64,000 nucleotides of DNA, from contig NC_134025.1 of assembly GCF_964204645.1 (NCBI RefSeq), forward strand, positions 24,532,299 to 24,596,298, written 5' to 3'. The stretch is from Tubulanus polymorphus (lineage: Eukaryota > Animalia > Nemertea). A model generated the notes under the pieces. The model made no database searches and was not told where the DNA came from. It was given only the letters and a program-made list of their open reading frames with translations. The translations under genes were made by a program, and so were the position numbers. Below, in pieces: positions 28,601-41,535 of the stretch; the stretch's first letter is position 1; each line of letters begins with the position of its first letter.

Positions 28601-31600
28601 CTGAATGTATTAATCACTAAACCGCGTGAAGTATTCATAGAATAATCAATGTTAATTATTTAAAGGAGTGGTCGAAGTAGAAAACATCAACCTGAATCTA
28701 ATTATTCCTCATCATCATCATCTGCTGATGCTCAGAAAAAATTCGGCAATGCTAAATCAATTTCCTCTGATCAATACTTTGGAGACAGCCGTAATGTAAG
28801 TACCAACTTATGTTTGGCACCACCATAATCTATACAGTGATTTTGATTCAACAGGCTTTCAGAAATTTCTTGAAATAAAGCACAGGCATTGAATAGTTGA
28901 TTAATGATTTTTTGTAAAAAGCGGCATATCATCAAGCCATCGAATAATGAACCTGAAAAGTTGGTAAGCATACATGATGTATTTTGGACAGACTCTAGAA
29001 GAAGAGATTAGATAACCATTTTCCATTTCTTCCCGCTTTTTTTATTAGACTTTGACCCTGCAGTTGAAAGTTTGAAATCATAAAAAATCTGCGAACTTCA
29101 ATCCTTCCGATTTGTGATATAGTTGTAGATTGAACGCTAGTAGATTTTGAACAGAAAAATACCTTTCGGTTATTTAAAAATGAGCATTCATCAATACATA
29201 ACAAATGCCCCCTGATTGTGATTTGATTGGTAACAGCTGTTACCGTTAATTCACTAATCAAACTAATGGGAGATTTATAGTATGGATATCCATATTGCAT
29301 ATACATATATATAGTATATAGTACCTCTCTTAGCTCATCGTACATCGTGACTGCCTCAATCATCATTGCAGGGGAGGCATTGATTGTCACGTACACTCTT
29401 CCTGCCTGATAGTCTTCCTTAGAAACGATTTAAGAATGTAAAGATTTCGATTATGTTAGTAATTTTCCATTTCAAGCTGAAGCATGCAGTTAACCAACTT
29501 CCTATTAATTATAATTTACTTCATGTGTTTACAACTTTGGTAGGATAGTGTGTATTGATTATTGTATTTTTGTTTGTAGTATGAAACTAAAGCTGCTCTA
29601 TCGCGATTCGAAGGAAGTAATAGTATATCTAGTGCGGATTTATTCGGCGATGGGCGGCCGAATCGTTCGTCGTCGATGAACTACTCGTCCGGACCAGATC
29701 TCACTGAAATTAAAGAAGGCGTAAGGCAGGGCGTGACGAAAGTCGCTGGAAAGCTGTCTAATATAGCCAACGGTGTTATATCATCAATTCAGGTAAGAAT
29801 GTACTTCTATTGTGTTGGTTTATTGAACTGAAAAAGAAATCGATGCACGTGACATTGAAAAAAATTCAAATAATACGCATATACTACCAAGATTAATATC
29901 CGCATACGAAACGCACTGTACATAATTTACTGTCCCCATTATAGAAAGATTCTAATCCATAAGGCCTACGTGCTAGTATATGAAATACGCTTGCAGCTGA
30001 TATCTGTTTGTTTAGTTTATTGATCTGGTCAGTTTATCTGTTCAGTCTGAATGATTTACCGCTAACTATAGTTATGTTATTAAAAAGTGCTCGATTAAAT
30101 ATTTTTTGATGGCTATTCTATCTATATTTCTCCAACAATCATATTTTTTATAACTCGATATTCTGCTAAATTAGCACTTGATTTTACCGAAACAATTTTC
30201 TTATCCCTATTACCGCACTGTAGTCTAGTCATTACTTCTTGACTAGAAATAAGCTTTTGCGCATTTTATTTTTACAAGTTCTATGTGCGTAGCTAATGTT
30301 TTTAAAAAGAACCACACATTCTCACAACAATTAACTTATTATACACATCGTTTTCACCGCTGAACAGAAAGAACTCAAAGACTCAAAATCTAAGCATAAA
30401 AACGGAGATATTGAGACATCAGATATTGAGCAGGTATATTAGATGTTCCCTTCATGACACGAATGCAGCCCTTTGACAACACAAAGCCTTATACAAGCAG
30501 GTGATTTTTTTTAAGCAATTCCTAAGCGGATTAGTTCAGCTGAGAGTAATGGTTACTGAAACCGATTCACTGATATATCAGTATTGCCAGCATCAATTTC
30601 ATGAAATTTTAGTCAATCACTTGTGGTTTAGCAAATGAGATTCATTTTTGCTAGTTGCATATTGCCCTCGAATTGCTGGAAAAAATACCTGTCTGTGCTT
30701 GGCTTTATTAACCTTCCTCATAGCAGTGGGTTTAATTGGGAATAATACTGTCTCCAACTGGTACGGATCTATCAAACTTAGTATGTTTGCAGTGAAACTC
30801 GTTACAATTCTATCTGGATTTCTTGACGTATTGATTTGATTTCAACACGTCCTGTTTGGTTATTGTTTTAAAGCTAACAACGTAACCAGCTGACGCGTGC
30901 TTCAAATCAACATTAAACATCGATACAATACATTCATTCAACGATCGAAATATTCGATTCATTATCACAAAACGTTTCATATTTGATAGTGTAATAATTA
31001 AACACTGCTGTATATTTGTATCAAACCTCTATTCACCCTGTGAATCGTTTTCTATTCCCAAATTCCTACTGGGCTCCATCCTCTGGGCTATGGATGTCCT
31101 TCCAATAGAATAACTTAAAAAGAGTAGTGGACTCGTGAAACGATACATAACTTATTATTTACTCATTAGAGATGGATGTTATATCATCTTCAGGGACTTC
31201 ATATCACTTAATTTTGCTAATATCCATTCAATAACCATGAACTATGAAGTCCAGCGCACACCTTAGCAGTAATTTTGTTGGCATGTTTTTGTTGCGTCAT
31301 CACCTAGGTGTGCACTTTCATCAGATGGCGCAGCAAAACCCTGGGTCATTTGTAGCGAAAATTAGTTCATTTTCGATGAAATTTGAACTTGATTTTTAGG
31401 CTACCAAGTCCGAAAATTATCAAACAAGTCATCGGATAGATTCCCTTTCTCACTCAGTGTATGGTTTTGATTTCACTGAAAGTAAATTTATTAATCAGAA
31501 AAGTTGACTCGAATTTAATTGAAATGTTGGAGAAATTAAGCGCGGTTACCCAGTGCCACTAGCGATCCTGGTGCGTGGGACTGGACTGGTGATGTAATTC

Positions 31601-32932
31601 TGACATTTCTTCATCTTTTGAGCGTTGAAAAGTGCGCAATACTAGTTGTTTTGCAGCAGTCATGATATACAATTATCGAGTAAATTCATGTTGAACAAGT
31701 TCCTCCTGGGGCTAGAATCATGAGAATTGTTGGCCTATACATTGTTCGAATAGCAAGTCCAGATTCTATAGATCAGGGTTGATGAAATACATTTACATAA
31801 AACTGCCTATGATAACATATATTACTACCCCAGTACTAATAACTAATAACGGGTTTGTATTATGCCAGCATGGGTGATTGATGATGTGACGGATGTATAA
31901 AGATTAACTGAAGTATGATGAATTTTGTCTTCAGTCTATCACTGTCTCTACTTATTCCTCTTTACAGCGGAAATAACCTATCCTCATACATTAGGTTATA
32001 TCTGTTCGGTAAGGTATGCTAATTTTCGTCATTATTCTCTATCCGGGTAATTCTAGGTGCAGTGCATCTTCATTTCATAACGTCATCTTAAAAATCACAA
32101 TTGATGTAGCCATTGGTATGCCATCTTTTGTGGTGCTAACCTCAGAACTTTCAATCCATTGTCGGATATGAATGTCCCGAACTAAAACCGAGAAAAAGGC
32201 AAATTTGTGTCGAACCCATGCTTCAAACACAGGTTTTTCTTGGTTTTATTATTGGATATTTAAATCCATTTGTGATGTTGATTTCATGTTCTTCGTGGTT
32301 TGGAAAACTCACATCCAGCAGCTTGGTGTATCATACCATTTACGCAAATTGCACCAATTTTTGATTGGTCATAGTATTGAGCCTTAGACTTGGTTGACCC
32401 CTGAAGGGCTTTAAAAAAATCACATTCATCCAACATAACACATGTCTATGTTATCATCTTTGATAAAGTAACAGTTAATTTTCTGGTAGTATTTTCGATT
32501 ATAGAAATACCGATAATGATAATTTTATTATTTATCCTTCAGGTCCTTCTGTTTTAGATATAATTTCCTTAAGCACTAGAATCACATTTTGACTGTATTG
32601 GTTTTCTGATCATTATTAGTAATTTTTTGTTCTCGTGGTGTCAGTGTTCAACATATGTATTAATTGATATTTTCATTGTAGTTCGATGTGAATGTGTTTC
32701 CATTCTATTTTTCCTTAACTTACCTATTGAGAAGTGCATTAAAAATCACTACTTGTTTCTTATTGATTATTCTTATATGATTTATCATTAGAAGTGCACT
32801 TGTTGTCTATTGCTTATCATTATTTCTATGCCCTTTGTGAACTTTATACCCAGAAAAAAATATAATTAACTTGTGTATTAAGTGCAATTACTAATTCTAC
32901 ATTATTCTGTTCTTTTTCAGGACTATAGTTAA
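25685..32932 (+). CDS. ARFGAP2: ADP-ribosylation factor GTPase-activating protein 2/3 (Glo3-type), multi-exon
   Basis: Exon 1 [24 protein letters not shown]. Zinc finger [42 protein letters not shown]. Also [21 protein letters not shown], and Glo3 repeats [18 protein letters not shown] and [29 protein letters not shown] ends at 29792. Most plausible last coding exon is ttttcag|GAC TAT AGT TAA (32921-32932). Confidence 0.93.
25936..26084. mobile_element. Second, more diverged copy of the same Harbinger-like MITE, in ArfGAP intron 1
   Basis: GGTTGCTCAAACGTTGGTTAAA ... AATACCATAGTAACAATGAA ... CCAACTTGAGCAATCGGCCC shares blocks with 24889-25030. Confidence 0.7.
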
Positions 32933-34575
32933 TGTTTGACTTCTCCTGTTTAGTGACAATTACAATATGAAAGAAACAAGTGCCTCATGCGGATTGGTTA
33001 GGTGACGTGGAGGATTTCTTATGTTTTATTCCTCGTATCATCAGATAGTCAACTTTTAACATCATCCACATTCTGCGTTTTGTTGAACAATTCCTTTCGA
33101 AAAGTCATTGGAAAAATGTCCAAATCCCGTGTAAAAAAAGACTGAAGATTGATTTGGCTGTCCCTCATTGAAAGATGATGCAACATTTTTCTGAGTTTCT
33201 GATTGCCTAAAATCAGCCTTTTGGTGTACGATTCTTAAGGTAATTGTTACATATATTCTGTATTGTCTCGAAGTTGGAAATATTTCAAGTTTTTGTTCCA
33301 TTCATTATCATAATGGTCTGTGTACAGGTAGTTGAAACTACTGTTGTTGGTGCAGGGCTTGAAATTCTTCTTAGCTGCACAAGGCGGGCACATGGGAGTA
33401 CGGGATAAAAAGTAAACTACGAGAAACTAACTTCCATAATCATATATTCTGTGATGAATGTTATTTAAAGAAGAAACTGCCTTCAACAGTTCAAAAGTGG
33501 TGTATAGTTTCGGGCACGATTAATAGTAATATATGTGTCATGGATGAATTTTGTTGTATTGTATGGCATTTTGAATTTCTCAATATTTGTCACTGTCAGG
33601 GCTTGATAGGCATGATTTTAGAAGTATAATATGAATACTACATATATCAGATGAAATATTTTTATAATGATTGTTGAATTTCTTCAGTAGTTATAGCCAC
33701 CACTTTCCGGGTGTAACATCAAAATAAGCTACGCTTAAGCGTTTTTATGTGAAAAATTTATGATTCATTTAATTTTAACATTAAATGCTGGATCTGCAAG
33801 TCTCTGTATTTTGATATAATCATGGATTATTCAATCGTCATATATCTGGGTGGTTGTGTTATCCGGTATTTAGTTATAAGTGAAAATCACCACAAATCAA
33901 ATTAATCATACATCTATTCTATAAATTCTTCAAGTGCTCGATTCTCAAAGATCTTCTTCATGAACTAAATTCTCTGAATGACTCGAATATGTGCTGAAAA
34001 TGTCAGTATTTGAATGTAAAGGTATATAAGAATGAAGGCATCTCTAGAATTGATTGCATTTACTTCCATCGTCCAATAGATATTGTCAACCTCTATCTAT
34101 ATCCTCTATTTCAAATTATTTCTAAATTAACCATATGTCCACCAAATATGAGGTGTAAAATATGATACATACGTGTCTAATGTTATATTATGTGATATTT
34201 TTTTCCCGATATTTTGTTGTTCTATGTACGTTATTATAATGTATACGATATACATGTCTTGTTACTTACCCGGTATTGTAGTTCATTTAAAATTGAGGGT
34301 ATAAGTTTTTGATTATTATCGGAATTATAAGAATTTTGCTGCTAATGCTCTATCAGTGGCACAGCGTTTATTTCCGCTGTTTGTAGGTTGTATATTTCCG
34401 TATAGATTGGCCAAAATCTAAATCTCAAGATTTCGTTAGGTAAGAACCATTCATGTACGTAGCTAATAGACAGGTTTGTGCGCATACAAGAAGCATGAAT
34501 ACGGAGGGTTTAAGCTTTAAAGAGGTTTTACGAGATGTTCATATCAAGTTCGTGTACAAAATACACTACAAAATA

Positions 34576-34870
34576 CAGGTGAAATCGTCGTATTAAACGG
34601 GTGTCGTATTATCCAAAGCTTGATTGATATGAATATCTTAGCTGGTACATGCTGGAAATCATCATAATTAACGGGTGTCGTCTTAAACAGACTCGTATTA
34701 ATGAGGTTCAACTGTATTACAGTAGAACCTTGTCATAACGAACTTGGATACAATGATTCATTTGATACAACAAATATAGAATTTCGTCCCAAGTAAGAAA
34801 TTTTATCAATTTCACTCTGGTTTAACGAACAGATTTTTAGTCCCGTAAAGTTAAGGTAATGAGGTTCCTT
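34576..34870. mobile_element. Two adjacent Tc1/pogo-like MITE remnants (TA TSD)
   Basis: TA|CAGGTGAAATCGTCGTATTA ... TCGTATTAATGAGGTTCAACTG|TA (34576-34714), then TA|CAGTAGAACCTTGTCATAACGAAC ... TAATGAGGTTC (34720-~34870, truncated). Confidence 0.6.
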
Positions 34871-35448
34871 TAGTCCTGCTGGCTGGATTCATTATGCTGT
34901 TATTGCACTGAATTTTGATTGATATGTTGGATTAGCTGATGAATTATAGCGCCAATATTAACATTAGCTTTATCATACGACAAAATTTCCATGCTGCCAG
35001 TGGGCATTAGATTGACCATTTCCACTTCTGCTGATAGTTTTGACCGAAATAGCTGTTGGCTAATTTTGTAATGCTAAGTACTGTACATGTATAAATTGTG
35101 TTATCTACTATGCTACAATCGTTATTCTTGAGTTTCAGATGTACAATGTATCTTTGTTTATCCTATGATAGTCTGCAAATGTTTGAAATGCTTTTATCTG
35201 GACATGGGTTGTGCATGCATCTCTTCTTCGATACGAATATTAGATATATTTAAATTTGTAAATAATGATGAAGGGTAAAAGGTTGATAATATAAATGTAA
35301 AAATAAAGAATGTACAGATGAAAATTTTGCTATGTTAAGATTTTTGAATATCTACCTAACGAATTTCAGACACAAGCGACTGAGCAAATGATGGATTTTC
35401 ATTTATTGAGCTTCGAAATCCCAATCCTCTTGAAGTCTACACCCTCTA

Positions 35449-35599
35449 GGGGTCATTCATTTATTACGTACGCATTAGGGGGGGTCAGTGCAATTGCGTA
35501 CTATAATGCTTTATGTATATGAAAAAATGGTAGATTTTGCGTACAGAGGAGAGGGGGTTGAAAAGTTCAAATTTTACGCGTTCGAAATAAATGATCCCC
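35449..35599. mobile_element. MITE
   Basis: TIRs GGGGTCATTCATTTATTACG / CGAAATAAATGATCCCC, flanked by TA. Confidence 0.65.
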
Positions 35600-36044
35600 T
35601 ATGAAAACCACATTGCTGTACGTGTCCTTGTCCTCTGAAGTATTCATCCTCTGAAATTCACTTGCATCATGCTATGAAGCACATCCTCAATGAGTTCCAC
35701 ATCATCGTGAATTTTTCAGGTACCGCATGACCGAAAATTTCAACTAAGAACAACAATATCTCATATACATAATTTATTACATTTAGTTGTAAAAAAATCT
35801 GAATTTGTTCCAAGAATTTTGAGGAATCTCAAATTAGCACAATTACACGAAGAACTGATGTTTGAATTCAAGAGGCTTACTCATGCAAAATAACACAGCT
35901 ACGAAGTTCAGAAAAAAACAATTTTTTAACAGCACAGAATAATTTTATGTTCCCATTGGCAAATATTAAAGAATGTTCTTATTTTAATCAAGTCGGCTTC
36001 ATTCTCGAAACATGTCTTCAATATGATGTGGCAGTGACGATATT

Positions 36045-39000
36045 CTAACAACATGTATCTGGAGCACGTTGTCTGGGAGCTGCTTTGATTACATCATCAA
36101 CGCGTACGATCATCTCAGCTGCCTCAGCGGCGCTCATCAGCACTTGTCGTTTTACTTGATATGATTCCGCAATTCCAAGAACTTGCATATCCCCAACGAG
36201 GCCGTAATTCATATCTAGAACAAAATAATCAACAAGATTCGTGATTTGAATGTTCGTTCATGACCGAAATTCACAGGAACAGTTCGTAAGTTTGAGCGAT
36301 TTTTCTGCAAGGTATGCGCTTACCTAAACCGTATGTACTTTTGCCTTCAGTATGCGCAGCTCTAAGTTTGGAAACAAGATCTGAACTATCGTAACCAGCA
36401 TTATCAGCAATGATAGTTGGCAACTGTCGAAGAGCATGGGCATAGGACTCCATTGCAACTGCTTCTTTTCCTGGAGTTCTCGCAGCAAGATTACCAACAG
36501 CATTCGCCATTAACATTTCGGAACAACCTGTTATTCAATACCAACGAAGAATATGTTTGAATATATATTTATAATGCATTAAGTTGTCTTGCTGTATTTC
36601 TAGATATACGATATACACACCTCCACCAAAAACGGTCCTTGTTTCTTTCACAGTTTGCGATAGGACGCAAAGAGCATCGTGCAATGATCGCTCGGCTTCA
36701 TCTAAGATCTGTTTAGTGGCTCCGCGAATAACAACTGTACATGCCTCGCCTAGCTTCACACCTACAAACACGCAATAATCAATCCGTTTTCAATTCAACC
36801 ATCTCCAGAGTGCTTTGAAACTTGTAATTCGTACAACTAACTCACCTGAGAATTTGAGAAGTTTATCTTCACCGATCATCACCTCTTCGATAACATCACA
36901 ATGACCTAGCTTTACACCTTCAGGATTATCGAAGGTTGACACAATTTCTCCGCCTGAATGGAGAAGTCCAGCATTATAAAACATTAAGAATGAATATATT
37001 CATTGGAGATCTTTATCTTATGCATAAACAATGGCACTTGTAAATAGGTAATAAATAAATCATGTGTCTCATCATCATATTTAATAACATACCTGTCACT
37101 AAAGATAATCGTTCAACGCCCTCAAAGTCGGCGTGTTCAATAGCCATCACTCCAGCATCAGAGAACAATTGTTCCGGGTAGTTATAGATCAGTTGCCTGT
37201 TTTTAAAAGATTACCATTAATGAAGACTTCTTTCATTTACCTATGTATCTTACGTTACTTTAAACATATCATCATGAATACCATATGGTCAATGTTTTCC
37301 AGAAGCAACACTGATCAGCTTAAAAAATCTTTTCTCAAATTCCGTTTTAGGGAAATCATCAGTCTAACATGTAAAACATCATATCAGCTAATTTCTCATG
37401 ATAGATACAATCTATTACACCTAGTATAAGAGGATAAGGATTGCAATAATTTTTCTTTCGGGGGGAGACAGAAAAATGTCAACGATAATGAACCCATTGT
37501 TATATTCTAGTGCTGGCTCATTAAATAACATGGTTACATAGATGAGTAATAAATGTAAGGAATTTAATCAGTAAAGAAATCGATATCAAATCCTGATGCA
37601 GGATGATCATCAGTCTAACATGTGAAACATCATTTCAAATTCCCTACGCTCATCTGTAATATAAGGAAGTAACACGAAGACTAACCTGTTGATGAAAACA
37701 TTGCAACCATGTTTGAGAATCCTCTCCACTTTATCTTTCATCTTCTCCTTCTCAGCGAGTTCCAATTCGGCGACTTTAGCAACAGAATCAACCCTTACTC
37801 GAGATCCAAATACCTAAAATCAACAAGAAATGACCCCTTCATCTGTCAGATAATTGGAAGTTGAAATGATGGAGTTTGCTGAATTCAGGGTTCCCACGGG
37901 TTGGCCAATATCATTTTCCATACGTTAGCCATACCCAGATTATAAATTAAATGCTCCATACCACTAAGTTATACATCGCCAACCTAGGGGATTTTTACTG
38001 GGGGATATTTACCTGTTACTTCTAGTAACAAGCAACGTAGGTCTCATCAAGGAGAAAGCAAATGATAGAATGCAACTAAATCTAAGACAGAATGCATCTA
38101 AATCTAAGACAAACCATATGTTAAGTCATTTGGACACAAACCTTAATTTTATCAGCATCCATAGATGTGTTAGCAATAAGAATTTTAGCGTTTTCCACGC
38201 GTTTTGGTTGGTTTACGCCTACTTTCTTGTCCAATAAGAAACCTTCTTCTAAGTATGATTCGCGAAGTGTGCTGCCTAGTTTCTTGATAATTTGTATAGC
38301 ATCTAGGTTACCGCTTCCCTGCGCAAATATTTCAATAAGACATATTCAGAATCCAAACTGATATAGAAGATACATGTACTCGCGGTCATAAGACTCACCT
38401 TTAGTCGTAAGACAGCATCTACAGCTAAATTACTGAAATATTCTCGGTGTTGAGTCAGGATTTTTGAACTAAGTGTAGTTCTAGCTATATTCATCAGATC
38501 TTCTCTGAATTTAACCGGATCATTGCTGTAAATGATAATTTGATTAATCTACATTAGCCATTCAAATCAGTTAGAAGATCGATGATGCTCTGAATTTGAC
38601 TGTAGTCAAATGTTGATTGTTGGAAGATTGAGCAGCTATTAGATCATTAAATCTACGATACATTTACACAAGGAAATGAAATCGATGAAAATCATACCCA
38701 TGATCGAGGGCGGCATCTGTTAATGCACGACGTGCCTCATCTGTCGCTTTACGCCAACCGGCAATAATTGTCTGTGGATGTATCTTTTTACCGATCAGAA
38801 TTTCTGCTTCCTAAAAATTAGAGCGTGCAAATTAGAATACAAAATTATCAAAATATACCCGCATGATTATGGTGAGTTTTCATATTGAATATATACCTTA
38901 AGAAGTTCGCAAGCGAGGACTGTAACCGATGTGGTACCATCTCCAACCTCATCATCTTGTACTCTTGATATGTCTGAATATTTAACAAAGGTTATCAAAA

Positions 39001-40794
39001 ATGATTAAATGCTTCAAGTCAATTCCTTATTGTCACCTGAAATTAGAGGTTTACTTACCGACCAAAACCTTCGCAGCAGGATTATCAACGCCAATAGCTT
39101 TCAGAATTGTAGCACCATCATTTGTGACGTGTATTGGGTCATTTGGATTCATGTTTTGAAGAATTTTGTCCTGAAGTCACATTACAAATTACAATACAGT
39201 ATTCATGCCACCCATAAGGCAAGTGATCCATGTAAGTATGTCAATATTTGTTTTAAAGCAAGTCCAGGCCTGTACCATGCAGAGAAATATTTGTTTCTTT
39301 TTCCTGCAATCTGACCTTAAATCAACCAAGTTTGTACATATTTTAAACTAGAACTAACAAAAGTGTTGCCCTTGGGTGAATATCTAAAAATGGATGCTTA
39401 AATTTTCTTAAGGCTGGCATCAGGGTAGTCAGTAACCTGTCTGTGGTTTAGTTTCACGATCGGATATTTTCACAAACCACAGTCAGGAATGGGAAGGTCA
39501 TTTTTGTATGAAATCTTCGTCAGCCAATTTGACTGACGAGTAATTTGCCTGGCATTTCATTGTCTCTTAAGATATCCGTCTAATTTTTGTTGTAATCGAC
39601 GCACAACAGATTCGTAGTTTGTCTGATACCTATAACACCTCACCTGACGATCTTAATCCATGTGCAAATCGGCCGTAAAGTGAGAGTAAATTTCCGTAGA
39701 GTCAACAGCTGCCATTTTGAAAATTACTGGAGGTGCTGGCACCTGTGGACTGAGGCCAGGACAACAGCACAAACTAACAAAGCGAAACGACGAAATTCAA
39801 AAATATTAAGAAATCAACACTTATTCACATTTTTCTTTTACCAGAATTTATTATTTAAATATTAATTAAGGAAAACACGAAAATTTGAAATATAGGTTGG
39901 AAAACCATCAAAAATAAAAATTGTCGTTTCGTCTTGGAAGTTTTATATAAATCCTTGTAGGTCCCCTTGTCTTATCATGCCACATGTGCAATACAGAGAA
40001 ATGGCGGCCAATGGCGAAATTTGTGGAGAAATTAATTAATTTCTCAAAATAATGTTGATTAATCACTCGAAACATGCATAAAATTGGATTATTTCGAAAG
40101 GTACCTGTGTAAGTTTGTGAAATAAGCCATTAATTGTGGACTGAAGTGGATAGAAAGTATATTTTTGAAGTGTTACTTTTTTCAACCGTGTTTTGGCCCT
40201 TGTCATCCCTAACGTTGGTATAAGCCCATCCGATTATAAAAGCTTACCACCAACGATTAGGTAACTAACTAGCATCAGGGCAGATTTTCTTTGATGAGCT
40301 TCAGAACATTAGACTTACCATGCCTTTGGGTCCCAATGTACTTTTAATGAGATCACCAATGGCTATAGCTCCAACAAAGGATGACTGAAAAATCAAGTTG
40401 TAGAAAATCATTATCATTATTATCATCAAATATTCAACTTGTCAAAAGTCAAATATAAAAAGACAAGTGAAACGAAGGAAGCACTCGCAGCAAACATACC
40501 AAACGAGCTGTTTCTGCCTTCTCCTCTTCAGCTCCAGCTTTGAGTAATTGAATCGGTGCCAGGGATACCTAAATTCAGAATCAATTTTGTTGATAATGGC
40601 ACAATTTAAGCGCATACCTTCGGTGAGTCAGTGATCAAATAAAACGCATTTGATTTGTATTGAATACCGGGTTGGCTTTTCTAACAGCGACAGCGAATAA
40701 AATAGCGCAGATATTTCAACATTTCTTCTATATTTCACGACTTAAAAACCGAGATAATATATTTGTTATGTATTTAACGTCGTATACAAACCAT
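36045..40794 (-). CDS. CCT2: T-complex protein 1 subunit beta (CCT-beta), multi-exon
   Basis: ATG-only first coding exon (40794-40792). Then [98 protein letters not shown], ending [13 protein letters not shown]. Confidence 0.97.
37310..37388 (-). ncRNA. Intronic C/D-box snoRNA, copy 1; guide to LSU rRNA (snR58/SNORD104-type target)
   Basis: Minus strand: stem GCTGA, box C ATGATGT, guide TACATGTTAGACT, D' ATGA, hairpin, ATTTGA, box D CTGA, stem TCAGT. The guide is complementary to conserved LSU rRNA AGUCUAACAUG. Confidence 0.8.
37559..37643 (-). ncRNA. Intronic C/D-box snoRNA, copy 2 (paralogue of copy 1)
   Basis: Minus strand: 9-bp terminal stem GGAATTTGA/TTAAATTCC, box C ATGATGT, guide CACATGTTAGACT, D' ATGA, hairpin ATCCTG-CAT-CAGGAT, box D CTGA. 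Confidence 0.85.
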
Positions 40795-40832
40795 TTTAGC
40801 TGCTTTTTCGGTTTATATCTACTGCGCTGATC

Positions 40833-40845
40833 GAAAATTCCAGAG
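40833..40845. promoter_or_regulatory. Possible heat-shock element near the CCT2 start
   Basis: GAAaaTTCcaGAG, a three-unit nGAAn inverted array with one mismatch, ~40 bp upstream of the ATG. CCT genes are known HSF1 targets. Confidence 0.3.
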
Positions 40846-41249
40846 AAGCAGCATGTACTAACGAATAGTGACTTCTCAATCCAAATCCTTATAGAACGAC
40901 TCCAATCTGTAAGTTCGAACCCCATTAATGGTCAATCTAGCCGAATATCTCGATTCGTTGAACCGTGACATTAAATCTGTACCGTGCGTAATTAATTGAA
41001 ATTGTAGGATTTTACAATGAAGTAAATTATTACAAGACATTTCCAAATGAGCTTTTCTAAAGAGTAAAAGTAATCGTCACCAATACACAGTCCAGCATGC
41101 ATGAATAAAGTATGTCAAAACTGGAGGTCCTCGGTATGTCTCTTGTAACAGGAGGTCCTAGGATCGAACCCGGGTAATCGATCCTGACATTTCTGAGTGA
41201 CTCAATCCTATAGCCATAAGAAAAGATGTTGCTTATTTTAAATATGTAT

Positions 41250-41535
41250 TTCATTTTATTTTATATACATATCAAAGAGAATATATATCTATAAACATAT
41301 CATATAAACGAGACAAGTGAAATCATATTTTAATAATACCTAGACCAAGTATAAAGAGATGGCAATGTACATTGAGTTAAAATAAAAATCTTTCATTTTA
41401 TTTTTTTATATACATATCAAAGAGAATATATATCTCTAAACATATCATATAAACAAGACAAGTGAAATCATATTTCAGTAATACCTAGACCAAGTTTAAA
41501 GAGATGGCAATGTACATCGAGTTAAAATCAAAATC
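41250..41535. repeat. Tandem duplication of ~141-145 bp
   Basis: TTTCATTTTATTTT...ATACATATCAAAGAGAATATAT...GAGTTAAAAT.AAAATC occurs at 41250-41390 and 41391-41535 with few differences. Confidence 0.9.

Noticed and set aside
30648-30839. Transmembrane-like 63-aa ORF as an ArfGAP tail
   Set aside because: It needs a phase-1 upstream exon, but the available donors are phase 0, which read a different frame.
38560-38653. Third C/D snoRNA in a CCT2 intron
   Set aside because: Has CTGA, a hairpin and a weak stem, but box C is poor (ATGATCT) and I could not recognise a target.
39364-39766. Solo LTR (TGTTG...CAACA) or RNase P RNA (GGGAAGGTC)
   Set aside because: No 4-6-bp TSD at the TG/CA ends, and no CR-V/P4 partner for an RNase P or MRP fold.
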